From contig CBDBMG010000002.1 of assembly GCA_965207375.1 (NCBI GenBank), positions 128,001 through 192,000 on the forward strand: 64,000 nucleotides of DNA, given 5' to 3'. The notes under the pieces are model-generated. The model made no database searches and was not told where the DNA came from. It saw nothing but the letters and a program-made list of their open reading frames with translations. This document shows positions 24,540 through 37,474 of this stretch, one piece after another. The DNA is from Nitrosopumilaceae archaeon. Lineage in GTDB: Archaea; Thermoproteota; Nitrososphaeria; Nitrososphaerales; Nitrosopumilaceae. Position 1 is the stretch's first letter. Every line of letters starts with the position of its first letter. A program made the translations under genes and the position numbers.

Positions 24540-24787
24540 TCCCACAGTAATGCCAGTAAGGTTGCATCTTTTCCATTTAACTGGACCCACTTATACAGGC
24601 ACTGATATTTCTGTTCATTAAATTCATCTCTATTGTCTTCTTGTATCTGTTTAATTGTAGGTTCATCAAGTTTGAGGTAGTGAACTAGAGTCTTCCAGTC
24701 CTGGAGAAGAAGTGCCACATCCTGCAGTAATGGAAGAGTTATCATCAGAAACACATCATGGATGCCTTCCTTCTCCATTTTCATTGA
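24540..24787 (-). pseudogene. Death-domain-encoding exon, 3'-truncated by a MITE remnant
   Basis: LQDVA...DWKTLVHYLKLDEPTIKQIQEDN...EQKYQCLYKWVQLNGKDATL..LL follows the death-domain pattern; acceptor tttgtag upstream. Confidence 0.72.
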
Positions 24788-25675
24788 CTACAAATAAAAA
24801 CATCCTAATGATAGACTTTGATCTCAAATCTAATTATAACATTTTAAAGAATAGATCATACACGTGTTCATTTATTTACATACAGGAGTGAGCTTACTGT
24901 CCTTTTGGTGTTCCGTATGACACACGTCACATTCAAGTTTACACCAGAAAAAAAGATTTTGTATGTTGGCGCTCCCTTTTACAGTGAAATGCTTGTGGTT
25001 TATGGAAATAAATCAGTGGCAATGACCACACGCATCATGATTTGCAATTGATTACTCCATTGCTCGGGCAACCCATTCTTCTGCACTAGAGTACACACAT
25101 TTACAACCCGGCTTATACATGCACAATTTTATGTACGGACATGTATAGTATGTGCACACAAACATGACACTTACAAACTGTACTACATAGATAATACAAA
25201 AGTCAATCATTGCAAAAATACTATGACTCGTAGTAAAACCTTGACTTCTATTATTATCCATTTGAATGCTTTATTAGAGTATATTCCACTGTGAAAAATG
25301 ATCAATAATATTATAAGCTGGTGTAATCAAAGCTTATTAAATACATTTAATACAGTTATACTAATAGAATAAGCCAGCTGTGAAGAAGATATCTTATAAC
25401 TGTATTAATAAGCTTTGATTACACCAGCTTATATTGATCATTTTTCAGTGTTCCTAACAGCAACTGTGACAGGGATCAGCCTATGCTGCAGCGCTCATAA
25501 ATTATAAATTTTGGTCTGAGTCAATTATGCTCCCAAACTGCTTTCAGGAATTTCCACCTTCCCTATTAACTCAACATTAATTATTAATTTTTAGTTTGTG
25601 AATGCTCTATTAGAGAGCATAGACTAGTATAGTATGATGACTGTTCTATTAAAGTATATTGGTAGTAGCTACCTA

Positions 25676-25867
25676 CCGTATAGGGGGTAAGTTTCGATGG
25701 GCGAAAGTTTCGCGGTTTCAAACACAACCGCGAAAGTTTCGCCGCTAAACAAAGATATTTAGCTACTCGGCTACTACAAATATATAAGCTCCTTTCTACT
25801 GGAACGCGAAGGTTTTACCGCGAATATACTTGGAAGGCCTCTACCGCGAAACTTACCCCCTATACGG
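25676..25867. mobile_element. CCGTA-terminated MITE
   Basis: TIR ccgtatagggggtaagtttcg; TA flanks; near-identical inverted copy at 56244-56460. Confidence 0.9.
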
Positions 25868-27872
25868 TATTTATGCTGCTTAAAATTATAATCGGTGGGT
25901 CCCTACTAACATATTGTATGAAGTATGTATTGAAAGTAAAACTCAAAAAGTATAAAGTATTAAGTCTTCCAACCCTTCAAATGATTGTTACTATACAATC
26001 TGTGGTTAAATGTACCATTTGAAATGTTAATACTTCATATCATAATCTGACAATGTACCGGAATATGTTGGCAACTTGTGCAATCCCTTCTTATACAGTA
26101 ATAATAGTGAAAAAGGATTGTTGGCTTTGTGACTTACTACATGTGTACCTTATCAAGTAAAACTAAGAGTGAATTGGTTTACATTCAAAGAAGGCTTCCA
26201 CAAAGTGATTGCTCTATTAGATTATATGTAAAATCACTTAACAAGTTGTATGCCTTCTACTAGGTGAAATGCATGGCATTGTGGGGCGAGCCTGGTGCTA
26301 TGATAGACTCATGTATATACTTACCACTGATGACCTTCGCATGCTATAAGCACAATACATTGTACATTTTCAGTGTACAAGCAACAGTGCAGCTACATGA
26401 ACAGGTCAGAGGTACGTATCTAGAAATTTGTACCAATATGTCATGAAAGCTGGGATATAGCTAAACAGTAAAGCAATTACAGTTATACATGTGTGACAAG
26501 CCAAGTATATCAGTACAAACAATAATACATCACTTAAATAGTTACTTTTTTATAGCATTACAACAAACTGATTAATTCATCACAAAAGGTAAACAATAAG
26601 CACATGGTGGTAAAAATAGCTTTCAACAAAGTGTAGGGGAAGATTTATTTCTCAGTTATAACTGAATAACATCTAAGTCATCTAAATTGTATAGACGGCC
26701 AATTTTTTCAATATATCTGTCTAGCCATTGCAGTGCTATATACAGGCCTAAAATCAAATGAATACAAATACAAGAAAGTTTTATTCATACATTGTGGTTA
26801 ATAAGTTATGGTTAGCACTTGAATGGTATATACCCATGCTATGGTTAACACTTAATGGCACATGCTATGGTTAGCACTCCATGTGTTGGATGTAATGTTG
26901 GTTAGCACTCCATGTACTTGATGTAGTCTTGGTTAGTTTTTTTAGCCATATACGGTAAAGTATCAAGCAAACAAGCAAGAAGACAGATTTCACTGTTGAT
27001 CCCACATGGTGGGGCTAGCTAAGGCTTGCCCCAATTAGAGTCATTGTGAAAAACTACTTGTAGATACGACGCATAGCTATATTACAATTAATCAACAATG
27101 CATATTTATATTAAAACATTACCCATCTTACAAACATTGATATACTTGTATAAGGTCCTTCATTAATTTATAATTTGACACTTTATCATCCAGCTACAGA
27201 GACAATTATAACAGACTTTAACAAACCATACATCATGACCTATAAGGCCTATCCCATAGCTAGGTTTCTCTATTTTAGAGAAAACCTTCCCAAAAAATAA
27301 TACCTTCACGAAGGATGGCTAATAACTAACAACTGTAACAATGTGCTAATTCTTTTTATAGTAGCACTTACAGCAATTAATTATGGGTTTTAATTTCTAT
27401 TTATCACTTGTACACATTCACTTTACAACAAGGTCAGTAACACATGAGGAAAGTATTTCAATGAAGCTGATGTTTTACTTACACCTCAGATCAAATGAAA
27501 CCACAGGATAACACATGATGATGCCTCTCCACCAGGGCAATATCATGGTATTTCCCAGGAAGTAAAGCTATACTTCTGCACAGAATAAATTGCGCTATAC
27601 TGATGATTTATGGGGCCTGTCCTCCAGACTGCTTTTATTAAGGTCTCTCTAGTTTTAGAGCAAACCTTCCCAAAAAATTAACTAGCCAGAAATGGCTAAT
27701 GGCTAACAACTGTAACGATGTACAAATTCCTTTTATGGTAGCACTTACAATAATCAATTGTGGGTAATTTCAACAATACATTTCCATTATATTTATCACT
27801 TGAGGTCATCAAGGTCCCTCTAGAAGGAACCTTCTCAAAAATTTTACAAAATATTGAAGCTAGCAAATTTTC

Positions 27873-28635
27873 GGGTAGGTATAAACAGTGGACCCGGGGA
27901 CCAAGGACCCGGGACCAGGGGACCCAAGGAGCCTTCTGTGTTTATAGATTTAATAACTCCATATTAACAAATAACTTCTATTTTCTATGTATTATGATCA
28001 AAGATAGCTACTACACCTACCTGCTGCTATGACAGTGCTCCCTAAACAATATGGCTGTAGTTGTTTTGCGGACTAATAGCTGTTAAGCTTTAACAATTCA
28101 CTAGGTCATTATGCAAAAGTGTGCCTGTGTACTTACAGTTTGTCCCATATAGTACATGAGCATGTGAGCATAAATGTATGTACATAAAAGCATTTCTAAA
28201 TTAATTAATGGACATATTACAGTCTGATTGCTTGATCCTATGCATTCATGTCAAAATCTATAGGCTTGATTATACCTTTGAGTAACAGTAGCTTGAGTTA
28301 TTTTACTATGATCCAGTGAACCTTACTGTACATGAATATCAGATGGTACATGAGTTAGTCACACAGTTACACTTGTAACTTCATTCATACGTAAGGTTCA
28401 CTATATAGTATACTGTAGCTATATAGGCATGAAAGTACAGTAGTAATGATTGTAACCACATACGTATAGTACTGTACTCCAAGAAAGCATGAATAGTTTA
28501 ACTTATAAAGACTGAGAAGCTGGATAATAATATAATAGGGAGGCATGCAGGCCTTGTTTTATTAAAACACAGAAGGCTCCTTGGGTCCCCTGGTCCCAGG
28601 TCCTTGGTCCCCGGGTCCACTGTTTATACGTACCC
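27873..28635. mobile_element. Mutator/MULE-like non-autonomous element
   Basis: ~70-bp TIRs gggta.gtataaacagtggacccggggacc...; perfect 9-bp TSD CAAATTTTC. Confidence 0.88.
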
Positions 28636-29121
28636 CAAATTTTCATTTTCTTACATTTTACTAATTTCTTTTATAGTAGTACTTACAATAATCAATTGTG
28701 GGTTTGAATTTCAACAATACATTTCCATTATTTATCACTTGTACACACAACAACAAAGTATTTCAATGATATATATGCCACTAATGCCTGTTGCAGTGTC
28801 GCGTACAGTATGTAATATACAAAATCGTGCACTCAAGCTTACTTCAAGTACTCAGGACTTTTATGGCTTCAAGTGTCCATCAGTACATGAAACCAATTGA
28901 GTAATGCAGTTTACTTGATAAAACCAGCAAGCAATTGTGATGTTACCTTTGAGCGGTACTGTAATAGGAATAACATTGAAATAAATTAATTCACACTGTG
29001 CTCATTGCTGTTACTAACAGCACTCTGTTAAACCAGTGTTTAACAGTATTTAGTGACATTAATGTCCTTATATTTTTCCTTATACATCTTTTGACCATAT
29101 ACTCTATATACATACCTAATT

Positions 29122-29903
29122 CAGGGGCGGAGGAAGCAATTCAGAATTGGTCAGGCAAAGATGTAAATTCCATTGGATTGTGCAAAGCACAATCAGCTTG
29201 CGTAGCATGCTCTTTCGGGGGTCTGAAGGCATGCCCCCCAGGAAAATTTGAAAAAATAAACAACAGGAGATGCAATCTGGTGGCATTTCAGCATCTAAAC
29301 AGCTAGCATAATTATAGTGGCAATTCTTACAAATTTATAGCTAATATACCTAGCTGTAGCTATATAGAGCTCTCAGTGGAAATCAGTAATTGCTACTGTG
29401 GCTTGTAACAACTGGGTGGGTGGAATTTTAGTGGCAGTAACGACTCTGGTGGGCTCAAGTGATCATGAGCAGTATATGAAGTGCACGTGGTGGAAACCAG
29501 GGTTGTGCAGGTTTGTTGAAGGCCCTGGATTGTTACCTGTTTGAATAACACGATTCGCTGTGTAATTCACCAGCAAATGGTTTGAGCCAGACAACGAAGA
29601 CTCGCAAGATCTGTGATCGCTCGTCCGTGATACAACATCATCTCCATTCCTAGAAGGATGGCCACCTCCTGGAGTAGTGGAAACAAACCTCAAGATGCTT
29701 AATTGACTATTTTTCAGTTATATAACAGTTACGTAACACTAAATTATAATTCCACGTGTGCGTTACTAACTTACTAGCTAACTGGTACTGTAACTAATAT
29801 CAATCCTTCATAGATTTAACAGTAATTACTTAAGCTAGCTATGCAAACCTAAAATATTGGTCCGGCAGTTGCCTGGTCTGCCGGACCTATTTCGGCACCC
29901 CTG
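29122..29903. mobile_element. CAGGGG-terminated non-autonomous element (hAT5-like)
   Basis: cagggg...cccctg ends; flanks TAATT/TAGTT; shared gggtctg.ggcatgccccc.ggaaaattt subterminal motif. Confidence 0.65.
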
Positions 29904-30090
29904 TAGTTGTTAACAATGCCCCATCAAGTTTATCTGATGATCAAACCACTAGACAAAATCTGTAATTTCTCTTAATTGAGCTTAGATGCCTTTCCTATTT
30001 GAAAGCAGCCTTTGGATAGCTGTTATAGGATAAGCATGAACAACGTTATAATGCGATAAACTATAAAAAATAATCTACCAATAAAAATAA

Positions 30091-30575
30091 TCTGTTTAAA
30101 CCAGGTGCGCGCCTGGTTTCTTAAATCACTTCTGTGCGGATGTGTGTGTGTCCGCCCCCGGGCTATTAAAAACTATTCACGTGAAATGAAGTCTATCAAA
30201 CAAGTCCTACTGCCTTTCAGTTTCTCTGTACGGCACTTGCTATCGATACTGTTGATGGGCGGGGCCTTAGTTACGAAGCTCGTCGTGTGTTACTGCCAAA
30301 GAAAAGCAAGGTAATGCTGTATTTGCAGTTCATTACACGATAAAAGTCCTTTAACCAGTTGTACATTACTAACAAAACGGAGCTCTTCAGTTTAAAAGTG
30401 GGCGTGCCGTGCGGGTTGCGAAGCTTATAAAAGAAGACTGGCCTATAGTGCTACAGTAAGAATTTCGGCATAAACAACTTTATACTACTTTCAAAAAGTT
30501 TTATCACTAAAGTACCGGAGTACAAAGCGGGTTTAAACAGAATAATTAAATTCGCATGCATTGCTATGTGTTCCT
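30091..30575 (+). mobile_element. Interspersed repeat with Helentron/DINE-1-like layout (second, inverted copy at ~40300-40640)
   Basis: 12-bp inverted repeat tctgtttaaacc / ggtttaaacaga (30530); 5' hairpin aaaccagg...cctggttt; GT microsatellite; homologous core at 40400-40640. Confidence 0.55.
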
Positions 30576-31182
30576 TACTCTGCTCACGTGACTTATCGGT
30601 GACATCATTAAGAACGATTATAATACATTGAATAACAGTAAATTAACAGTGGTTTAACTTGCACACAGTGCCTGGTTATTAGATGGTAATATGTCAACTT
30701 GTTCTTGCAATATTCAATAGCACACAGGTATACATAGTATATACAGTACATATAGCTACATAATATGAATAACAAAAAATGTTTGGGATTTTTACAGTTC
30801 AATATACCATTTAACATGCTACACTTATAGAGCTTTGATCACTGGCATGTTGAGCTCACCAATTATTTTACCTCATTTCCTACAATACTACACCTATAGA
30901 TGTTTACAAGCTATCCTAAATTATAACATATTTTGGGAGAAATGTTGGCAACTGGAGCAATGAATAATTAAGTGTTAGCAGCAAGAAGTCGTAATAGCAT
31001 TACTCAAGAGACACTAATTGACAATTACAGCACTTTACATCAATACCCTGTGGTTGATGATTTCTCTGGTTTCACAAAATTCCATCACAACAGAGCATAG
31101 CTACAAAGTGTTGCTATGACTGGAATTTCACTATATTAATTATGTCAACAACTTAGTCAGCAAAATATAGCTACTAGTAGGT

Positions 31183-32318
31183 CAGGCCCGTATGCAGGGG
31201 GGTTCGGTAGGTTCGGAAGAACCGCCCTCCTGAAAAAAGGTCCACAATTTACACTCTAAAGGTTCACCATACTACAATACACATTTTATCTAAGTTACTT
31301 GCATAATATCAAATGAAATGAATTGAAATAGTAATCGGTGGTTTATTGTAAAAGAAAATCACATTTGATTGTGGGTTTATGTTTTTACACGTGATACTGA
31401 GTCTTTTGGTTTAGGTTTTGCGGCGTGGTTTTTAGGGCAGTTTTTAATTTTGTGAAATTTGTATTAAAGTGATGGGACGCGCGAAGGGAAATGCTCAGCT
31501 GCTTCCTGTAGCGACTAGATAAACTGTTGGTGAACTGAGCAAGAACGTTGATGTGGAACGAAGTTTACAAGATTTATAGCATCAAGTTGAAGAATCTGAA
31601 ACCTTGACTAGCTCTACTCCCACCAAGCCTTCAGGTAGTTGTAGTTATAGATTTTGTAGATATACCACGGCTAGTATAGTGAACAGTTGAGCTCAGTGAT
31701 AGGCATTTAATCCTGTAGACTAGCTACTGACAGTAATTGTAGATTAGATTATTATTGATTTTATGGGTTGCACAAAAGGACCAATGCCTGCACTAGGTGC
31801 TCCCCAGAAAACAAACATACAGACATAAAGTTAGTAAACCCGGTACACACACAACAACACTACAAACATTACTAATATGCATAGCTAATTATATAGCTAC
31901 TTGTGCATCCAGTAGGGCATTCATATTATCTTGGATTACAGGAGGTTGGATTCGACATTTATATCAGGGGCTAATTAGCTACATTCACTTTGTGACAATA
32001 AATGTGCACTGCTTCTGCCCTTTTTAGCTAGTTATATATATATATATATGGCTACATAGTTATATACAGGGTGTAGCTACAGGGTGTAGCTATAATGTGT
32101 ATAGAGTATGCATATTATTAGCCAACATTTAATGGTGCTTTAGTGGATGAAATGTCACCAAATTCAGTCTTTTGGTCTCTATTTTTCAAAAATTTCCTGG
32201 GGGGCATGCCCCCAGACCCCCCTAGCTTTAGCATGCTTGGCATGCTGACCTGCACCATCAAAAGGTCCACTTTTTCTTGAAAAGAACCTATCCACATTAA
32301 GTTCTGTGTATGGCCCTG
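31183..32318. mobile_element. CAGG-terminated non-autonomous element with 5-bp TSD (hAT5-like)
   Basis: caggcccgtatgcag / ctgtgtatggccctg; TSD TAGGT/TAGGT. Confidence 0.75.
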
Positions 32319-32684
32319 TAGGTGTTGTAATTTTCAGTCAACCAGTCCCCACCCTTGTCACGAGTATATTATATATTATGTCACATGATGTACAATGTGT
32401 GTTTTGGGTTATTCTAATAAGAGTCTCAACACGTGTCCAGTCACGACATATCGTTACACCTAACAGACATGTGCATGTTAATTTATCATTAGAGGTCAGA
32501 CTGCCATTTCACGTTCAACTATACTCCTACGTATAAGCATTAGTTAAAGCATTGTTGTGAGTGCCATACATAAAATCAATGCGCATGTACATATAAGATG
32601 CAAAAAAGATGATTCCTTTCAATATTAGCATCATGACCATTGAAACTGAATGGTGGCCGGTAGTTAAAATACATACGTATGTAC

Positions 32685-32815
32685 TGTAACAAAATATTTG
32701 GTCCGGGTACATAAGTGGTCCAGCTGGACCAATTATGTCAAACATAAATGGTCCCCCCGGACCATTTATGTTGTCATAAGTGGTCCGATCAAAACATAAA
32801 TGGTCCAGGTGAACA
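32685..32815 (+). mobile_element. Possible left terminus of a Ginger-like DNA transposon
   Basis: Starts tgtaac; array of ggtcc/ggacc subterminal repeats; lies upstream of the intron-containing integrase; matching right end not found. Confidence 0.4.
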
Positions 32816-34161
32816 AACAATAAATTCTGCTCACAGTAAGGCCACTGCAATCAGATTATTTGTTTCTCATCAACCGCCCGCATCCAAATTTTGTTAACCG
32901 CATGCGCACTCATTATTTACATTATTGCACGTGATTCCGAAAATGGTTCTTTTGTGTGCAACGGCTGTTGATAGAAACTCCAGGAAGGCATTATTGCCAT
33001 GGGAAATTGTGCAGTCCCACTCAGAAACGGATACAATTCGCCAGTCTTTCAATTCAGTGTTGGTCCCAATGTTGTCTGGACCATCAACAGCTACAGAGGC
33101 ACCAATGGTGCATTTTAAATAGAGTAACTTTTAATATAATTATTATAATAAACTGTCGTGTAGAAGTATATGGCTTATTATGTAGAGTGAGTTTGATGTG
33201 TACTTTTTTATGTATGTAGTTAGTTGTTTTGTGTATGTACGTATGTTGTGTAATATCAGTAAGTAGCTACTATTTTTGTTTTGTGTATATTTGTATGTAG
33301 CTATGTGCAGGGCTCCTGACTGAAAATCAGTTTACTGAGTGGACTCCCTGTAGAAATATTACAATTACAATTACAATATTACCAACGTTTTAAATGCTTT
33401 TGAGATTTTGAAACAGTCTCAGTTAGCTACAATTATTCAGAAAAAAAGTTCCATCATGTGTTGAGGAAAGGAATAAAAAAGATAAGTTATACAATAGAAT
33501 TTAATATGAACCAATTGAAAAACTGTATTACTCGGCAGGATACGATCCTATCTGTGTATAGCTACTGTGCTGAGGAGGTTACAGTAGAGGATGCAAGCTC
33601 AGACTCTGAATTTTATCCAGTGTACACAGTGTTCAAAACCAAGGATAAAAAAGCCAGTAGCTAGATGTTTTGTCTTTTATTACGTAAATATACATTTTTG
33701 TACATCTGACAATACACCTGTATAGCTATAAATAACGAGATAACGAGTTAACCCGCCCGCCCGCATGCATTTTTGTACAGTGAGTTGATGAGAAACATGC
33801 CATCTCATTGTAGTGGCCTAAATGACAGCAAGCATTAGCTATAGGTATAAATAGTATACTGTGACTTACAGGATGATGCTGCTGAACATGACACGAACGC
33901 TCCACTGGCGAATCAGTATAACTTTCATTTTCCGTTTGCCAAACCGTATACTGCAAGGTCGAGTTTTTCCATATATGGTATGAGAGATTTTAAAATGAAA
34001 TAAATTATGTAGAGAGCTTGCAAGTAAAAAGCTATCGTTTCATGCAGTGAGTGATTAAGCTATATATATAGCTATATAGAGACACAGTGGAACACGGCAA
34101 ATGATTCTGAAGTGAAGTGTACCTTCTGATAGTATTGAACTAGCTAAGCCTGCAGACTGTT

Positions 34162-35550
34162 ATGGCAGCTTCAGATTCTGAGATAGATGAGAATGCTATT
34201 CATGATGTGGAAGGAGATCTTCTTGAAAGTGTATACGTCTATCTAATGGAAGGAAAATACCAAGAAGGGGTGTCAGCAAATCAAAAGAGGGTAATACGAA
34301 AGAAAGCAGCAAACTTTAGAATTATCAATGGAGAAATGATTTTCAAAAAAAAGTGCAGAGGAAATATAATATGCACTACAGCCTAGCTAGCTACATAGCT
34401 ATCATGCAAATATGTAGCTAGCTAGCTGTAGCTATCATACATACATGGAGTGACTTGTTAGCTATATAGCTAAATGGATAATGATTTCTCAGGATATTGA
34501 GATAAGATACATTAGAGGCGGAGATGAGCAGATGAGAATAGCCAAAGCTTGTCATGCTGATCCTACTTCTGGGCACCTTGGATTTAGAAAAACGCTGGCA
34601 AGGATAACAGAGAGATTTACCTGGAAAGGTGTCTCCAAAGATGCAAAGGAAATAGTATATTCATACATCAATTAACTATATAGCTCACTTTACATGAGGA
34701 GTTCATTTTTGGCCATATATAGGTCCAGCATTGTGATGCCTGCCAACATGTGAATAGAAAGCTTGATAAAATCACACCTGAGTTATGCCCAGTTCCAGTT
34801 AAAAGTCCATGGTATCACATTGGAATCAACTTCATAGGACCAATTGCTTATAAATCTTCCAATGGTAAGTAAAGCTGGCTAGATATGGATAGTTGCTATG
34901 CAGGTTGCAGACAATAAAATTAAGCTTTTTGTGATTATTAATAATATATACATATGCATGTCTGTGCTAGCAAATTGCTATATTTTGATGATCAGTGATT
35001 ACTTCACTAAATGGTAAAAGCCGTAGGCCCGTAGCAACCCCTGATAAAAGTGCAGCGCAAGTTGCCAGTTCATTATTCAAGGTGAGCACTAAATTATAAA
35101 ATGTCTATATGCACGTATTTATTCATAATCATATACTGCTAGTATGCTACATACATAGCTATAGCTATTAATGCATACACATAAGTGAAATTGTATATGT
35201 TGTATATATATATTTATATAGGTTTTTATATGAATGGGAATTCTATGAGTAATAACAACAGATCAAGGGACTGAGGAGTTCAATAATTCTCTTAACAAAC
35301 AGCTAATGAAAACACTCCAAATCCAGAAGCGACTCACAACAGCATATCATCCACAGGTAATGTATATACGTATATATAGGAACAATTAAAAGCTATAGCT
35401 ATACTGGTTTAGAAAAACCTATAGTCATATACAAATATATTATTATTTAGGTGTTACAATTGAATGATTGCAGGCAAATGGTTTGGAAGAATGCTTTAAC
35501 CAGACTCTGCAGAATATGCTGGTAGCTAAAATATGTTGAGCAAAAAATTG
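34162..35550 (+). pseudogene. Intron-containing Gypsy-like integrase (GIN1/Ginger-type), degenerate
   Basis: About 6 exons: CH...GHLG..KT..RI.ERF.W; CDACQ; PWYHIGINFIGP; SDYFTKW; TTDQG.EF; TAYHPQ|ANGLEECFNQTLQNML. Contains stops and frameshifts; no RT or gag nearby. Confidence 0.8.
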
Positions 35551-36087
35551 TATGATAATTTGTTTGATAGTGAATAGTTTACAGGCATTTTCACAACTAT
35601 GATTGGCTTTATCATTTGGCAACCTTCATGAAAGATACATGATGGTACAAAAAGTGGACAAGTGATAAAACCAACCATAGTTGACTTGTGAAAAGGCCCT
35701 GTAAACTATTGTATATCATTCAAGTAAAAGATTTTTAATTAAATATTTTAATTCTTGATATCAAAAGTTTTTGGTCACTTATAACCATTTTCTGATTGGC
35801 CTCACACTTTTCCTGTTTTTGAAGTAGCTACGTATACATAAAGAGATTTTACATAATTTATAATTATAAGCATGTCCTGACAAGAAACCTTAGCTGTATA
35901 TAAAGTATGCAAATTTTTAAGTGTCAACAAACATGAGTTAGTACTAAGGACTTTTCACTTGCATTTCCCCAAGTACGTAATAATATCCCTCAACCATCAT
36001 AAGTCTTGCATACATAGCTATGTAGCCTATGTATGTACGTAGCTTATATGTCAGGATCCAATAGGGTCATAGCACTTTATAAAACTA

Positions 36088-36544
36088 CCGTATAGCGGTT
36101 TTTTCCTGAGGTGCAAATTTTCCCGAATGGTGAGCCATTAGCTTTAGCAGAATTTTTCCTGATTTAGAAATTCCCAAACCTGGCACCCTAATAAGATCGC
36201 GCGATCAACATTCCACGAAGTTTTACGGATCGATTGTAGTTCGTGCCATGCGACTCAGTATACCATTACCACTCGATTGCGATGTGTTACAGAGTACCCA
36301 CCCTCTACTGTAGCTGGCTGCTGATGCAGGACTAGTAGACTCCAGTAATACAACAACAATGCTTTTCTAGTGAGAGATGGGATGGTCGCACTTATAATCT
36401 TTAATCGATAAGCGCCTGCGCGAAGATGGTCTGGCCTCGCAAGACTATAATAATAGAAATTGCTCAGCATAAATTTTCCCGAATCAAGATTCAATTCGGG
36501 AAATTCAGGAAAATTTGCACCTCGGGAAAAAACCCGCTATACGG
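36088..36544. mobile_element. CCGTA-terminated MITE
   Basis: ~35-bp TIRs ccgtatagcgg.tttttcc.gaggtgcaaattttcc; TA flanks. Confidence 0.85.
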
Positions 36545-37441
36545 TATGCTCCAAAATAGGGTTGTAGGTAAAATGTATGATGTGCACTAATAATATTTCC
36601 ACTTATATAGGTTATGCTGTGACTTGCAGGAAACAGTAGGTGATTTTATGAGCCCGAGTGCAGCAGCAGATATTGTAGCTACAGGTACTATGAATACATT
36701 TACATAAATATAAACATAGCTAGTGTGTTATTTTTAGCACATTTGTGTGTGCTATCTCCATGTCTCCAGTTTTAACACATTATACATGTGCTATTTTATG
36801 TGATGTGCTATATTTAGCACATCATAATGTGCTATATCAGGTGTGCTAATTTTAATGTATACTATACTTTTGCACCCATAAAAATGTTCTGAGTATATAT
36901 AATCATTAATGTAAAGAAAAGCATAATGCATACAACTTATATAAAAATATATTTATTATAGCCAATGTACATGATGTAAAAAATCCTATGTGCATGCACT
37001 TACGAATGATCTATACCTCTGCGAAGTTTAGCACTACTGTCTCTTATTTTTAATAGGCATTCCTGAATGAAAAGTAAAAAACTACTGGCAGGAGATGACT
37101 TAGGATATTTAACAAAGTAAACATAATATGTTGCAATAAGCAAAGTAAGTCCTTTTATTAACAATAAAGTCATCTATTTCAAATAGAACATGCTTTTCAG
37201 CAGCCACAAGTCCTTTTGCACCCTCCATAGTGCCTTGTCTGGCAAATATCAGCAGCCTGCATGGGTTCAGGGAAAACTTTCATATCCAGGATACACTGAA
37301 GATTTGTTCCAGGCTAAAGAAGACATGTAATAATGCATGTATAGGTAGCTACTACACTTTTCAATACACTGTATAATAGTTTGCACACAGTTTTTAAAAA
37401 TACAGTATAATGGGCATGTGACTAATTTTATTACTTTATAC

Positions 37442-37474
<33 letters not shown>

